A stretch of 45,355 nt of DNA, from positions 1 through 45,355 of the IMG/VR virus record IMGVR_UViG_3300010362_000033. One strand, 5' to 3'. The notes below the pieces were generated by a model. The model ran no database searches. It was not told where the DNA came from and was given only the letters and a program-made list of their open reading frames with translations. The stretch comes from a virus. Its lineage: Duplodnaviria; Caudoviricetes. Position numbers and translations under genes: made by a program. Below, piece by piece: positions 25,458 to 33,996 of the stretch; position 1 is the first letter of the stretch, and every line of letters begins with the position of its first letter.

Positions 25458-25918
25458 CAGGCAAACCGGATCAGCGCGTTTGATGCATCGTTCGTCGGCA
25501 TCGTGAGTGTGAAGGTGCCAGACGTCACGGACTGCGACCCGAACGTGTGCACACTGACCGCGAGTTTTGTTGTTGATGTGTCGTTGTAGATAAGCACCGC
25601 GTCGAAGGCGCCACTACTCGTCAGGTTTGGCCACGACAGTGATCCGCTCGGCGTCCAGATCGCCGTCGTGCCCGACAATGACGGTGCAGCGGTATTCGGT
25701 ACAGCGATGCCGCCTTGCGTGTAGTTCCCTGTACCGAGTAATTCGCCCGTGTTGTTGTAGACGGTGTCCCCGGCGCCCCGTGATGCGGAAACGAGATAGA
25801 GCGCCGCCTTGAAATTGTCTTTCGTAGTGGCGCCCCGTACGACCGACGATCCGAACGCATGCAGCCCGTTCATGAGATCGACCTTGAACTGACTGCACAT
25901 CGCTTGTGTGTTGGCCAT
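25457..25918 (-). CDS. Putative virion structural protein
   Basis: FKVDLMNG..FKAALY..GNYTQGG..AVLIYNDT..FG..SGTFTL, a common phage beta-rich accessory family. Confidence 0.6.
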   Translation of the reverse strand: MANTQAMCSQFKVDLMNGLHAFGSSVVRGATTKDNFKAALYLVSASRGAGDTVYNNTGELLGTGNYTQGGIAVPNTAAPSLSGTTAIWTPSGSLSWPNLTSSGAFDAVLIYNDTSTTKLAVSVHTFGSQSVTSGTFTLTMPTNDASNALIRFA

Positions 25919-25923
25919 TGCTG

Positions 25924-26232
25924 TTACCCTTCGCTGGGATATTGCGGCGTCGTCGTGGATTCAGATCCGATCAACGGTTCTGCGGTCTCTTCTGGTGGCG
26001 CAGGATCAAGTACGACCTGTGCTTTGCCGCCCCAGTCGAAGCCGGCATCGGTCACGGCTTGCTGAAATGCGGTGAACGCGTCATAGACGGCACCGAGTGA
26101 CGACTGGTCACCGTGCAGCTGCAGCGTCGTGATGTACAAGTGCAGCGTGCCGGTCTGCTTGTCTTTCATCTCGTCGACGGCGGTCTTCACCGGATCGACA
26201 GGGGCTTCGGTCGTCGTGGTGGGATCAGTCAT
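25924..26232 (-). CDS. Hypothetical protein
   Basis: ORF in operon, with SD-like GAAAGGG upstream. Confidence 0.55.
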   Translation of the reverse strand: MTDPTTTTEAPVDPVKTAVDEMKDKQTGTLHLYITTLQLHGDQSSLGAVYDAFTAFQQAVTDAGFDWGGKAQVVLDPAPPEETAEPLIGSESTTTPQYPSEG

Positions 26233-26249
26233 GATTCACGCCCTTTCGT

Positions 26250-26447
26250 TTACGCAAAGTTCGCAGCGGTGAGATCGCTCTGCACGGCTGCACGTTTCAG
26301 AATCACGTGTGCATCGCGGCGTACGAGTTCGTTGTCGAGACGCCACTCGACCCACACGACGAATTCATCGGGTCGATCTTCAAAGCCGACGGTGCGTGCG
26401 AGCTGCGTCTCGTCGACTTCGCCACGGGTCGTCAGAATCAGTGCCAT
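26250..26447 (-). CDS. Hypothetical protein
   Basis: 65-aa ORF in operon (W.EWRLD.ELVRRDAHV). Confidence 0.6.
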   Translation of the reverse strand: MALILTTRGEVDETQLARTVGFEDRPDEFVVWVEWRLDNELVRRDAHVILKRAAVQSDLTAANFA

Positions 26448-26450
26448 AGG

Positions 26451-26780
26451 TCACAAGTCTTCAATCGTCACGGTGAACGAACGGTCTTTGATGCGTGGCG
26501 GCGTCTCCGTTGTCGTAATCGTGTTGCTGACGTCGTACTGCTGACCGATGACGCCGCCGAGCAAGCGCACTTGTGTTGTGCGTGCGCCTGCGGGGATCGA
26601 CTCGCTGTCTTTGGTCATGAGCGGCGACGGCGCGCCGCTGATGCGGGTGATCGTCCAAACGGAGTTCGCAATCGTGACGCCGGCTTGCAGATGCTCGCTG
26701 CTCCAATCCATCACGTAGACTTCGGATTCAGTCGGACCTTTCGCAATGACGCCGCCGGTGTAGATAAACGTCGTACTCAT
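26451..26780 (-). CDS. Putative fibre adaptor/structural protein
   Basis: K.P.E...Y.MDW...VRLLGG..GQQYDVSNTITT...DRSF pattern; follows the repeat protein. Confidence 0.55.
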   Translation of the reverse strand: MSTTFIYTGGVIAKGPTESEVYVMDWSSEHLQAGVTIANSVWTITRISGAPSPLMTKDSESIPAGARTTQVRLLGGVIGQQYDVSNTITTTETPPRIKDRSFTVTIEDL

Positions 26781-28144
26781 GCGAGTACCTCGTCGGGGTC
26801 TTCGGCGACGCGCAGATCGACGTCGACTGAGACACGCTGATCCGCCGGCGTCATGGCGACGAGCAGATCCGCGGTATCGAACGGCACGACAATCGTCGAC
26901 GGTGATGCGGCGACGATGACGACGACCTGCGGCACGGCTTGCGTCAAGCCGAGACTACCGACGGCGCCGACGCTGACGACGCCATGCAGCGCGATGACCC
27001 GTGCGCCGACGCTGACGACGCCAGCCGTGCTGATCGCACTGACGCCGGTCAGCGCGCGCTGTTGTTGCTGTCCTGCGGTGACGCTGCCGACAGCGCTCGA
27101 CGTCGAGACGCCCGTCAGCGCCAGCGTCGCGCCGTTCGATGCGGTGACCGATCCGACGGCGCTCGTCGTCGACACGCCCGTCAGCGCAGCCTGCGCGCCG
27201 GCAGATGCGGTGACGGTACCGACGGCGCCGGTCGCTTGCGCCCCAGTGAGCGCGCGGGTCGTCGACGCCGTGAGGGTGCCGGCGGTGACGGTCGCCGACA
27301 CGCCAGACAGCAGCGCGCCGCCCCCAGCTGTTGCGCTAAGCGTGCCGACAGCGCTCGTCGACGCGACACCCGTCGGAATCGGCACCGATAGGTCTGGTGT
27401 CGGGGTCTTGACGGCGCTCGTGCTGGCGACGCCCGTCAGCGCAGCGGTACTGCCACTGACAGACGCGGTGAGCGTGCCGACGGCGCCGGTTGTCGAGACG
27501 CCGGTCAGCGCGGCCAGACCGTCAGTGGATGCGCTCAGCGACCCGACGGCGCCGGTTGTCGAGACGCCGGTCAGCGCGACGACGACCGGCCCCACGGTTG
27601 GCGTGTTCAGCGCACTCGACGCGGTGACACCGGTCAGCGCGCTCGACCGTGTCGGCGCGCACGTGTTGACGGCGCCCGTGCTCGATACGCCGGTCAATGC
27701 GCGGGTCACGTCGTTCGAGACCGGCGTCAGCGTGCCGACGTCACCGGTCGAACTGACACCCGCGAGACCGACGCTAACGCTGCCGCCGACGGTACCGACG
27801 CTGCCGGTCGACGCGTTGCCGGTCAGCGTGCGGTCGAGCGCATCGGCGATGGTGCCGACACTACCGGTCGCTAGATTCGTCGTGAGTGCGCGGGTCGTGC
27901 TGGCTGTCGGCGCAGTGACGGCGCCGGTGCTCGAGACGCCGGTCAGTGGTCGAGTCCCTTGCACGGTGCCGACACTGCCGGTGCTCAACACGCCGGCAGA
28001 GAGTGCGACGGCAACGGTTGCGGACCCGAGCGCATTGACGACGCTCGACGACGTGACGCCGCTCAGACTGCGCGTGACATCGGCTGATGCGCGCGCAATG
28101 ACGCGCAGCCGCGACTGTAAGAACGGCCCCTTAAAACGGAGCAC
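26777..28144 (-). CDS. Ser/Thr/Gly/Val-rich repeat protein (fibre-like)
   Basis: Roughly 16 copies of (A)LTGVS(S/T)T(G/S)AVG(T/S) at ~22-residue spacing. Confidence 0.8.
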   Translation of the reverse strand: MLRFKGPFLQSRLRVIARASADVTRSLSGVTSSSVVNALGSATVAVALSAGVLSTGSVGTVQGTRPLTGVSSTGAVTAPTASTTRALTTNLATGSVGTIADALDRTLTGNASTGSVGTVGGSVSVGLAGVSSTGDVGTLTPVSNDVTRALTGVSSTGAVNTCAPTRSSALTGVTASSALNTPTVGPVVVALTGVSTTGAVGSLSASTDGLAALTGVSTTGAVGTLTASVSGSTAALTGVASTSAVKTPTPDLSVPIPTGVASTSAVGTLSATAGGGALLSGVSATVTAGTLTASTTRALTGAQATGAVGTVTASAGAQAALTGVSTTSAVGSVTASNGATLALTGVSTSSAVGSVTAGQQQQRALTGVSAISTAGVVSVGARVIALHGVVSVGAVGSLGLTQAVPQVVVIVAASPSTIVVPFDTADLLVAMTPADQRVSVDVDLRVAEDPDEVLA

Positions 28145-29396
28145 GGGTCACCTGTTGCAGCTGCGCCGGCGTCAGCTGGTAGTCGTAGACATAGAAGAAG
28201 CCGTACTTCGCAATCATGCCGTTCGCAAACGAACTCGCGCCGTTGATGCGAAAGACATCGGACTGCGCGGTGAACGATGGCGCCGTCGATGCCGACGTGA
28301 CTTTCGCGCCGTCTTTCCAGACGTCGAGACCGCGCGGCCCCGCAGAAAACGCGACGACGCAGTCGGTCGACAAATTCAGGTTCGTGAATTGGATGTTCTG
28401 ACCGCCGTACAGCCATGACCCGTTCGCGACTGCCGCACCGTTTTCGGGCGCATCCATGCGCACGTAGCAGTCGCCGGCGCTCGTCGAACCGACGACGCCG
28501 AAGAAGCGACCGCCGTTTTTCCAATAGCTCACCTGACAGCCGATAACGACCGTCGCCGCCTTGCGCGGCAAGACGAAGCGCGAATCGGGAATCTCGGCGC
28601 GATCTGAGATCGACAGGAACAGCACACCGTTCGGGATGCTGTCTGGCAGCTCGCGCCCGTCGTTCTGAATCGTGGCGTGTCGACCAGCGGACCCGTGGTC
28701 GATGATGCGCGACCCCGGCAGACATTGCGTGTTGAACACATACGCATGACGCGGCGCGAACGGAAACCCCGCGACCAGACTGGCGTTATGTGCCGGCAGT
28801 GCCCCGAAGCGCGCCAGAATGCCGGACTGTGACGGTTCGTCATCGAAGGTGACCGTTGGCGTGATCGTGATGAACGATTCGCCGTCGCCGCTGGCAATTG
28901 CGCCGTTGTAGTTCAGCGTCGCCGTAAAGCCGCTGGCCATCGTGCCCACGTTCGTGATGAACAAGCGCAGCAGGATTCGATCTCCCGGCTCGAAGACGAC
29001 GTTCGCTGTCGGTGATCCGGTCCAATTCATCACGCCGCTGACCGTGTTGAACTCGACGCCGTCATTCCACGGACCGCCGGTCACTTCGCTGTTGAACTTC
29101 TGGTTATAGAGACGCGCACGCGCACCGACGTTCGCGTTCATGCTGTTTTCGAGTGCCCAGACGTTGAAGGTGATGACGTCGGTCGTCGCGAGCGTGAACG
29201 CGACGCCGACCGGCGCCGAGACCCATTCGAGCGGTTGTCCACCGGCGGTCTGGGTCCATTGCACTTCGGTACCGCTCGCGACCGTGTTGACGACGGCAGT
29301 CGCGACGCCCGAGCCGCGCGTCGATAGCAGGTCGAGTCGCCCCGGCAGACCGGATCGATTGTTCGTCGACGTGCGCAAAAACAGCGTTGTGCTCAC
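28131..29396 (-). CDS. Beta-rich virion/adhesin-like protein with possible LamG/ConA-like C-terminal domain
   Basis: Probable GTG start overlapping the upstream TGA; C-terminus VWKDG...FRING...FYVYDYQLTPAQLQQ. Confidence 0.55.
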   Translation of the reverse strand: MSTTLFLRTSTNNRSGLPGRLDLLSTRGSGVATAVVNTVASGTEVQWTQTAGGQPLEWVSAPVGVAFTLATTDVITFNVWALENSMNANVGARARLYNQKFNSEVTGGPWNDGVEFNTVSGVMNWTGSPTANVVFEPGDRILLRLFITNVGTMASGFTATLNYNGAIASGDGESFITITPTVTFDDEPSQSGILARFGALPAHNASLVAGFPFAPRHAYVFNTQCLPGSRIIDHGSAGRHATIQNDGRELPDSIPNGVLFLSISDRAEIPDSRFVLPRKAATVVIGCQVSYWKNGGRFFGVVGSTSAGDCYVRMDAPENGAAVANGSWLYGGQNIQFTNLNLSTDCVVAFSAGPRGLDVWKDGAKVTSASTAPSFTAQSDVFRINGASSFANGMIAKYGFFYVYDYQLTPAQLQQVTRAPF

Positions 29397-29608
29397 AGAT
29401 CCCCAGCGCCGTACCAGCGCCCGACTTTGCGAAAGTAGAAGCCTTGCGCCCACCAGATGCAGCGCTTCCACAGTGGCGACGAGACGACGTCGACGTACTC
29501 TTCGAGTTCGCGAATGCGCGCCGCAGCGGTCGTGCGATTCGTGTCATGCGAATCGAGTCGCTGCTCGACGGCGTCGAGACGCTTACGCAGGTCGTCGACG
29601 GCGCCCAC
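29393..29608 (-). CDS. Small coiled-coil hypothetical protein
   Basis: 71-aa ORF coupled to neighbours. Confidence 0.5.
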   Translation of the reverse strand: MGAVDDLRKRLDAVEQRLDSHDTNRTTAAARIRELEEYVDVVSSPLWKRCIWWAQGFYFRKVGRWYGAGDL

Positions 29609-29611
29609 GCG

Positions 29612-30073
29612 TTACACCACGGTCTGATACACGCCGCTATAGCTCGCGCTGTTATTCGATGCCGCGAGCGCCGCCCCGCTCTGGTTCTCGATGACGAGAC
29701 CCCACTTGCGCGGCATCACGCCGCCGAAGCACTGCGCCACACTGAAGAGCGCTTCATAGACTTTCGAATTCGATGGCGTCGGGATCACGCGTGCGAGCTT
29801 CATGACCGGCGGGTCTTCGAGCGTCAGCGCCGCGTCGCTGCCGGTCGCAGGGTCTTCGTAGGTCGTGCCGTCTTCGGAGCCGTAGACGTACACGCGCACT
29901 TCTTTCGGCGCCGCGACCGTGCCGACACTGGCGCTCACGCGCACGAGCGCATCGAGAAAAAGATTGCTGGTGTTATCGACCGCAGTCGATTCGCGAGCTG
30001 AGCCGCTGCCCAGTGAATTGAACGTGCACGTTATGGCTGTGCTGCCGCCGAAGGCTTGCTTGATGTCGGACAT
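29612..30073 (-). CDS. Putative virion structural protein
   Basis: MSDIKQAFGG...VYVYGSEDGTTY...KWGLVIENQSG, beta-rich. Confidence 0.6.
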   Translation of the reverse strand: MSDIKQAFGGSTAITCTFNSLGSGSARESTAVDNTSNLFLDALVRVSASVGTVAAPKEVRVYVYGSEDGTTYEDPATGSDAALTLEDPPVMKLARVIPTPSNSKVYEALFSVAQCFGGVMPRKWGLVIENQSGAALAASNNSASYSGVYQTVV

Positions 30074-30137
30074 TGCGCGCGCGTGTGCTGGGTAGCATGC
30101 GCGCGAACGCCGAAACGCCATGCGCTAGGAGTAACGC

Positions 30138-30437
30138 TTAGCCCGTTCCCCTTAAAATTTTGCCGGCACTGTTGCGCACTTCGCGCGTGCTCCATCGTGT
30201 GCCGCAGACCACACATTCACGCCGGCGGTAGACGCCTTCTTCGATGATGAGACTACGCGAGCGGATCACGCGGCTGATCTGACTGCCGCAGTCGGGGTTT
30301 GGACACGTGAACTTTGACGGCGTGTCGCGATAGCGCACGAGCGCGCCGCCACAGTGCGCGCAGTGTCCGCGCTGCTGCGCTTCGCTGCGGGTCGTCAAGA
30401 CCCGACAGCGCACACAGATCCGAAACTGATCGAGCAT
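30138..30437 (-). CDS. Zn-ribbon protein resembling the NrdR N-terminal domain
   Basis: CPNPDCG...SRVIRSR...YRRRECVVCGTRWSTRE, plus an extra CxxC...CxxC; no ATP cone. Confidence 0.7.
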   Translation of the reverse strand: MLDQFRICVRCRVLTTRSEAQQRGHCAHCGGALVRYRDTPSKFTCPNPDCGSQISRVIRSRSLIIEEGVYRRRECVVCGTRWSTREVRNSAGKILRGTG

Positions 30438-30571
30438 CAGCGCGGTAAGACCGCCAGCATCGACAGCAGCACGAGCAGCATGACCGCGACCCACAACGGC
30501 GCACGGCCAATCGCCGCGCCAATCGTGACCGCGAACGCCGCGAGCACCAGCAAGATCGTTAGTGACAGCAT
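30437..30571 (-). CDS. 44-aa two-TM membrane protein (holin-like), not in ORF track
   Basis: MLSLTILLVLAAFAVTIGAAIGRAPLWVAVMLLVLLSMLAVLPR*; SD GAAAGGGG upstream; TGATG coupling to the next gene. Confidence 0.65.
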   Translation of the reverse strand: MLSLTILLVLAAFAVTIGAAIGRAPLWVAVMLLVLLSMLAVLPR

Positions 30572-30595
30572 GAGCGGTTCCCCTTTCGTTCACGA

Positions 30596-31401
30596 CTCGA
30601 CGTCAGCACACCACACAACACAACTCGACGACACGACAAAACGCTTCACGCAACGACACAACAGTGCTCGACGCCCAGCACACCACACTGCACAGCGCTA
30701 CTCGACGACAGCACACTGCAGCACACGCCAGATCGCTACATCCCTCGACGACACGACAACTCAGAACATCCCGCAACACAACACAACTCGACGTCACTTC
30801 AATTCAGATCACGCCGGCTCGCTGGCATCACAACACAGTGCTCGACGGCACGCCACGCCACCATCACTACGCGCCACCGCACAACAATCCACACCTCGAC
30901 GGCAGCTCACGTCACCGCACCACGCATCGCGGCACTACTCGACGACACGACACAACAAACCGGTTCGGGTCACGCCACGCAACTACACTGCGGCTCACCA
31001 CTCGACGCCAGTTCACATCAGACCAGAACAGTGCACCTCTCGACGTCACTGCAAGACACCCGACCACACGACACGAGATGCCACTGCACAGCTCGACGAC
31101 AATCCAGCACACAACAAACGACCGCACACCAAAACTCGGACGACCCACGACAGCGCAGCACAGTTCTCGACGTCAGATCACGTCATCACGGTCGACGACA
31201 GTGCAGCCCACTGCAGCACTCGACGTCATCGCATCACAGCACAGCTCACTACGACTCGGCCCAGACCACGCCACTGCACCTCTCGACGACACCGCATATC
31301 ACGACAACGCACCGGCACGACACGTCAGCGCACTGCACGCCTCGACGTCACAGCACTTCACCACGACACCACGTCGCAACACGGCACGACACAGCTCGAC
31401 G
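30596..31401 (-). repeat. Non-coding array: 17 CTCGACG boundaries separating units of 5-nt [CA-NNN] modules
   Basis: CTCGACG at 30596, 30624, 30667, 30701, 30744, 30787, 30841, 30895, 30938, 31001, 31039, 31092, 31166, 31219, 31282, 31341 and 31395. All 16 periods are 5n+3 or 5n+4. Strand inferred from the operon direction. Confidence 0.92.
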
Positions 31402-31404
31402 ACG

Positions 31405-31788
31405 TCACTTCTCGCCAATGAGCGCGCGCAGCGTCGCACCGTCAGACGGCGCGACTTTGTCGGGATTCAGCCCCGGTATCATCGAGCGCAACAGCGGCGA
31501 GCGCGGTACCGGCACCGTGCGACCGTAATCTTTCAGCATGCGGTGATACGCGATCTCGATCTTCACAAGATTCTGCGGCGTCTTGATGCACTGCCCCATC
31601 TGTTCGCCCATCTTCGGCGTCAAGGTGCCGCGCTCTAGTCCGTCGAGAATCTGCTCGTTCTTTTCGAGAATCGCTTCAACGGTGCGCAGCTGCGGGGCGT
31701 TTTTTCGCAGCAGCGAGTGTGTCGTCGATCCGTTCGAATTCGTAGCTGTATCGGCCTTCTCCGTCGCTGCGTTCTCCCGCGTAGCCAT
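31405..31788 (-). CDS. Hypothetical protein between the RAMP-like gene and the array
   Basis: Helical ORF whose stop abuts the array; overlaps the upstream gene if this ATG is used. Confidence 0.6.
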   Translation of the reverse strand: MATRENAATEKADTATNSNGSTTHSLLRKNAPQLRTVEAILEKNEQILDGLERGTLTPKMGEQMGQCIKTPQNLVKIEIAYHRMLKDYGRTVPVPRSPLLRSMIPGLNPDKVAPSDGATLRALIGEK

Positions 31789-32407
31789 GCACACCCCCAT
31801 ACGTGAACACGTGATGCAGATCGGTTTCCGAGACTGATCGCCCCAGCACTTTGATCGTGAAGTCGAGCACCGATGGCGGCTCGATGTACTCGAAGCGTTT
31901 GATTGCGTTCATCATGCCGCGCGGCCCCTTGACGTGAATCGCTTTGTCGAACGCGCCGTCAGCGTGCGCGATGCGATCTCCGTTCGGTCGCATGATCGGA
32001 AGCCAGTACACGTGCTCGTCGAGATAGACGCCGTTGATGACGCGCGTACTGAAAGCGCGCTCGCCCTGAATGCGACCGACGAATTGATTCGACAGCACAC
32101 GTGCACAATCTTTGATGTGCGCTTTGACGGTCGACGCACGCTGCACGAGCGCGCCATCGTGACGTTGAAAGACCAGCATCGAATACGACTGATCGGCGTC
32201 GCCTTCGCCGCGCTCAATGCTCGCGAGCACTTCTTCGTTGATCTCGTCAATCGACAGCGCGCCGGCTGGCGCGACGCGCGGCGCTCGCGATTCGAGCCAT
32301 TTTTTGACCAGCTCGGGATCGGCGGGGACTGACGCACACAGCCGCGTCAGCAAGGTCCAGCGCACGCGATAGAGCGTCCAGAGTTGCGGCAGTTCAGGTT
32401 TTGTCAT
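31676..32407 (-). CDS. Cas7/Csm3-like RAMP-fold protein (stand-alone)
   Basis: N-terminal beta strand YRVRWTLLTRLCASVP, central ASTVKAHIKD helix, FEYIEPPSVLDFTIKV strands and C-terminal Gly loop YGGVHGYAGERSDGEGRY; SD GGGAG before the ATG. Confidence 0.65.
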   Translation of the reverse strand: MTKPELPQLWTLYRVRWTLLTRLCASVPADPELVKKWLESRAPRVAPAGALSIDEINEEVLASIERGEGDADQSYSMLVFQRHDGALVQRASTVKAHIKDCARVLSNQFVGRIQGERAFSTRVINGVYLDEHVYWLPIMRPNGDRIAHADGAFDKAIHVKGPRGMMNAIKRFEYIEPPSVLDFTIKVLGRSVSETDLHHVFTYGGVHGYAGERSDGEGRYSYEFERIDDTLAAAKKRPAAAHR

Positions 32408-32433
32408 AACGTGTACTCCCTTCTGGTTGTTGT

Positions 32434-32646
32434 TCACTGCAGGTCGAAGAGCGGCAGATCGCCTTCATCGCGAGCTGCCGCTCGCATGCGCCCGATCAGC
32501 CCGTCATAATCTTTCGTGAGTTCTTTTAGGTGTTCTTTGCACGACGCGATCTGCTCGCCTTTCACGACGAGCTGTCGCTCAAGGGATGCCATCTGATGAA
32601 ACCGCCGTGCGGCGCGCTCGTCAGTGATGTTCTCTAGATCAGCCAT
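32434..32646 (-). CDS. Small coiled-coil protein
   Basis: MADLENITDERAARR...GDLPLFDLQ. Confidence 0.6.
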   Translation of the reverse strand: MADLENITDERAARRFHQMASLERQLVVKGEQIASCKEHLKELTKDYDGLIGRMRAAARDEGDLPLFDLQ

Positions 32647-32878
32647 GCATCGTCTCTCGTTTCTGACGCTCAGCGGCGTCACGCATCCACTCACGCCCCG
32701 GCAACTCCACACAGCACGACGCGCACAGCTTCGGGTCGTACGTCACTTCGACCGGCGGCTTGTCGGGGTCGTTGCTCGGCACTTTGCGCACGAACCCGTA
32801 TCGACGTAACGTGTCGGTCGGGATCAAGCGCGTCACGACGCTGCTATGTGTGCACTGACACTTGTCGCAGACGTTCAT
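32639..32878 (-). CDS. Small Cys-rich protein
   Basis: CDKC...CASC; coupled ORF. Confidence 0.5.
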   Translation of the reverse strand: MNVCDKCQCTHSSVVTRLIPTDTLRRYGFVRKVPSNDPDKPPVEVTYDPKLCASCCVELPGREWMRDAAERQKRETMHG

Positions 32879-33206
32879 GGGATTCCCCTTTGAGCGCGCG
32901 CTCGACGAGCCGCAGCGCGAGACCGTTGCGCACGTGATCCGTGGTCACGCGCAGCCCACGCCAGCCGAGAATGCACGCTTCGCAATACTTCAAACAGTCC
33001 AGCTCGAAGCCCTTGCCGCGCGTATGGCGACCGGCCCCGCGCTTGAAGATGCCGCCTTCGACTTCGAGATACAGCAGACGATCTGGCCACGCAAAATCGA
33101 ACGCCCAGCGCCGCGTCGGATGGAACCGGTACTGCGTCACCGGCGCCGGCAATTTCATCGCTTGCATCTGAAACTGCAGATTCCGCTCGAAGCCGCTCTG
33201 CATCAC
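32844..33206 (-). CDS. PD-(D/E)xK-type endonuclease
   Basis: QYRFHPTRRWAFDFAWPDRLLYLEVEGG...RHTRGKGFELDCLKY...GWRGLRVT. Confidence 0.8.
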   Translation of the reverse strand: MMQSGFERNLQFQMQAMKLPAPVTQYRFHPTRRWAFDFAWPDRLLYLEVEGGIFKRGAGRHTRGKGFELDCLKYCEACILGWRGLRVTTDHVRNGLALRLVERALKGESHERLRQVSVHT

Positions 33207-33646
33207 AGCGTCTCGCCGGTCGTCGCAATCTCCGTGAATCGGTCACGTGGAATCTCGATGCAGGGATGCACATCGAATCGGTCACCGCGATCTGTGCGGC
33301 CCCGCACTGCCGTCGGCAGTCCGCACAGTCGCGCGACGTCGACGTAATACAGCCCGTCGGTGAACTGCACGACAAAGACGGCTTTGACGTTGAACGCGAG
33401 CGCGGCATACATCAGGTGCATGGTCTTCAGGACGTCGAGCAAGACCGTTCGGTATTCCGCGATGCGATTGCGATGCGTTTTGATTTCGATCAGTCCGACG
33501 AGTTTGTTCTCGCGCTTCATGTACCAGTCAATCGGCGACAGTGCCGGGAACTCGACGGCTTCGCAGTGCCATGCATCGGCCACGCGCTGCGCGATCTCGC
33601 GTTCGCGCGCTTTGTCTTCAGCTTGCTGGTAGACCTTGCGCGTCAC
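33203..33646 (-). CDS. PD-(D/E)xK nuclease-like protein
   Basis: IDWYMKRENKLVGLIEIKT (D...ExK) and FVVQFTDG. Confidence 0.65.
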   Translation of the reverse strand: MTRKVYQQAEDKAREREIAQRVADAWHCEAVEFPALSPIDWYMKRENKLVGLIEIKTHRNRIAEYRTVLLDVLKTMHLMYAALAFNVKAVFVVQFTDGLYYVDVARLCGLPTAVRGRTDRGDRFDVHPCIEIPRDRFTEIATTGETL

Positions 33647-33834
33647 GCGCGACCGCCGATCTGTCGATTCGATTCGATGAGCCGCAACGCGTCGGTGATG
33701 TCCTGCGGGTCGTAGCGAATGCGATAGCGCGCGCAGCAGCCTTTCACGTCTTCGATCAGATCGACGTATGACTCGTAGCTCTGCTGCTTCAGCAGTTCAC
33801 GTATCAACCGAGCAATGAGTCGCGCTGAATTCAT
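33643..33834 (-). CDS. Small helical protein, in frame with the upstream replication protein
   Basis: 63-aa ORF in the same frame as 33961..34308, with no stop in between other than the TAG. Confidence 0.5.
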   Translation of the reverse strand: MNSARLIARLIRELLKQQSYESYVDLIEDVKGCCARYRIRYDPQDITDALRLIESNRQIGGRA

Positions 33835-33948
33835 CGTCCCAAACCGGAAAATTGCGCGAAGCGCAGGTTCTAATCGTTCGACGATCAGTACTGCTTCGAT
33901 CCGAGACCCGGAGACGGTGATCGGAGACGGAGACGGAGACGGAGACCC

Positions 33949-33996
33949 GTCCGCGTTACCCTAGTCGTTACCGCTCCCGTTACCACTCCCGTTACC
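33949..33996 (-). repeat. Putative replication origin iterons (4 x 12 nt, GGTAAC core)
   Basis: GGTAACGGGAGT GGTAACGGGAGC GGTAACGACTAG GGTAACGCGGAC inside the replication gene, followed by (TCTCCG)4. Confidence 0.55.

Noticed and set aside
26853-28418. 521-aa + strand ORF and similar long antisense ORFs (e.g. 9698-11008, 15255-16583)
   Set aside because: Shadow frames of GC-rich minus-strand genes that have clear motifs and operon coupling.
30596-31401. Canonical CRISPR array
   Set aside because: The constant element is only 7 nt, the intervening units vary from 21 to 67 nt and are internally periodic, and no cas1/cas2/cas6 is present.
30354-31638. Long + strand ORFs (355 aa and 324 aa) across the array
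   Set aside because: They are T/H/R-rich low-complexity translations in two frames, antisense to the operon. They stay open because the CA-rich strand has few stops, and a 5-nt period does not fit codon structure.
14032-33963. Genome-wide TAG recoding suggested by in-frame TAGs in the tube and replication genes
   Set aside because: The tube TAG is explained by the intron, long genes show no internal TAGs, and no suppressor tRNA is seen.
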